Source: Podarcis pityusensis (Eukaryota). Taken from it: 64,000 bases of DNA. This document shows positions 63,316 through 64,000 of this stretch, one piece after another. The notes under the pieces were generated by a model, which saw only the letters and a program-made list of their open reading frames with translations, was not told where the DNA came from and did not search any database. Position 1 is the stretch's first letter, and every line of letters starts with the position of its first letter. Location of the stretch: the NCBI GenBank assembly GCA_964106645.2, contig OZ067050.1, one strand, 5' to 3'. Position numbers and translations under genes: made by a program.

Positions 63316-64000
63316 TAGACCTGCAGTCCTTAAAGTGATCTGAGGGGGCAGGGGGCAGGATGATTTTCCAGACTCCTGCCATGTGCCAGGCAGGCAGAGT
63401 CCAAACTGCATTTCCCGGAACGTCTCCTTGAAATCTCAGAGCGCGAGCAAGTGGACTGGGCAATGTAAACAGACTAGTTCTTGTTGCTAGGCAGCACGTA
63501 ACCAATTCCAGAGTCCAAATTACAAGAACATATTTATTTAAATTTGCATAAGAGTGGAAGAAAGTGGAAGTGGCTCGAAAAGAAAGAAAACACATGTTCC
63601 CCATCTAAGCAATTTACAAATTATCTTCAGCGGATATCCAAAGCATCCTGGGTCATCCAAGGCGATTCAAGGGAGAGAGCCAGAACCCAGAAAACGTAAA
63701 TCTTTTTTCATCTCTGTGAACTGAAAGGTGGGGGGCTGGCCAGGTAAGAGCTGGCCATATCCCTTGGGCATCACATCCTTGAGATTTATCCTCTACACAG
63801 AGGGGGATTTGACCAGCCACATTTGCCAACAACCCAGCAAAGCTGCGACAAGAGATGGGAATGGAGCCAATCTCCTCCTGGCATTTCCTGTAAGCTGAGA
63901 GCTTTCCTGTGTGGGAGATACTTTGGCCATGACTTGCTATCTCCTAGTTAATGGTGTAAAAAGTTTATGGGGCAGTTAAATTCTATGAAAGGGACAGAGA

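Overview
Vertebrate genomic DNA, most likely a lacertid lizard (inferred from the many Podarcis-type Sauria SINEs). Bases ~4.3-12.6 kb hold the last nine coding exons of TRIP13 (AAA+ ATPase, Pch2 orthologue) on the + strand. All introns are GT-AG, the frame is intact, and the exons encode 284 aa ending at TGA 12177-12179; the 5' exons lie upstream of the window. The rest is repeat-rich: Sauria and Squam3-like SINEs, L1, CR1, L2, RTE-like and Penelope fragments, hAT and Tc1/mariner MITEs with clear TSDs, and solo LTRs. Main hidden signals: (1) a decayed multi-exon gene on the minus strand at ~40.5-60.0 kb, with canonical splice sites and in-frame exon junctions but also stops, frameshifts and an exonic SINE, i.e. 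a candidate unitary pseudogene of an uncharacterised protein; (2) a chimeric SINE insertion at 13.2-13.7 kb carrying flank copied from a SINE locus 7 kb away; (3) a minimal hammerhead-like motif and a perfect 54-bp palindrome from Penelope-like elements; (4) a 5'-inverted L1 insertion. Family names come from recognition, not database searches.
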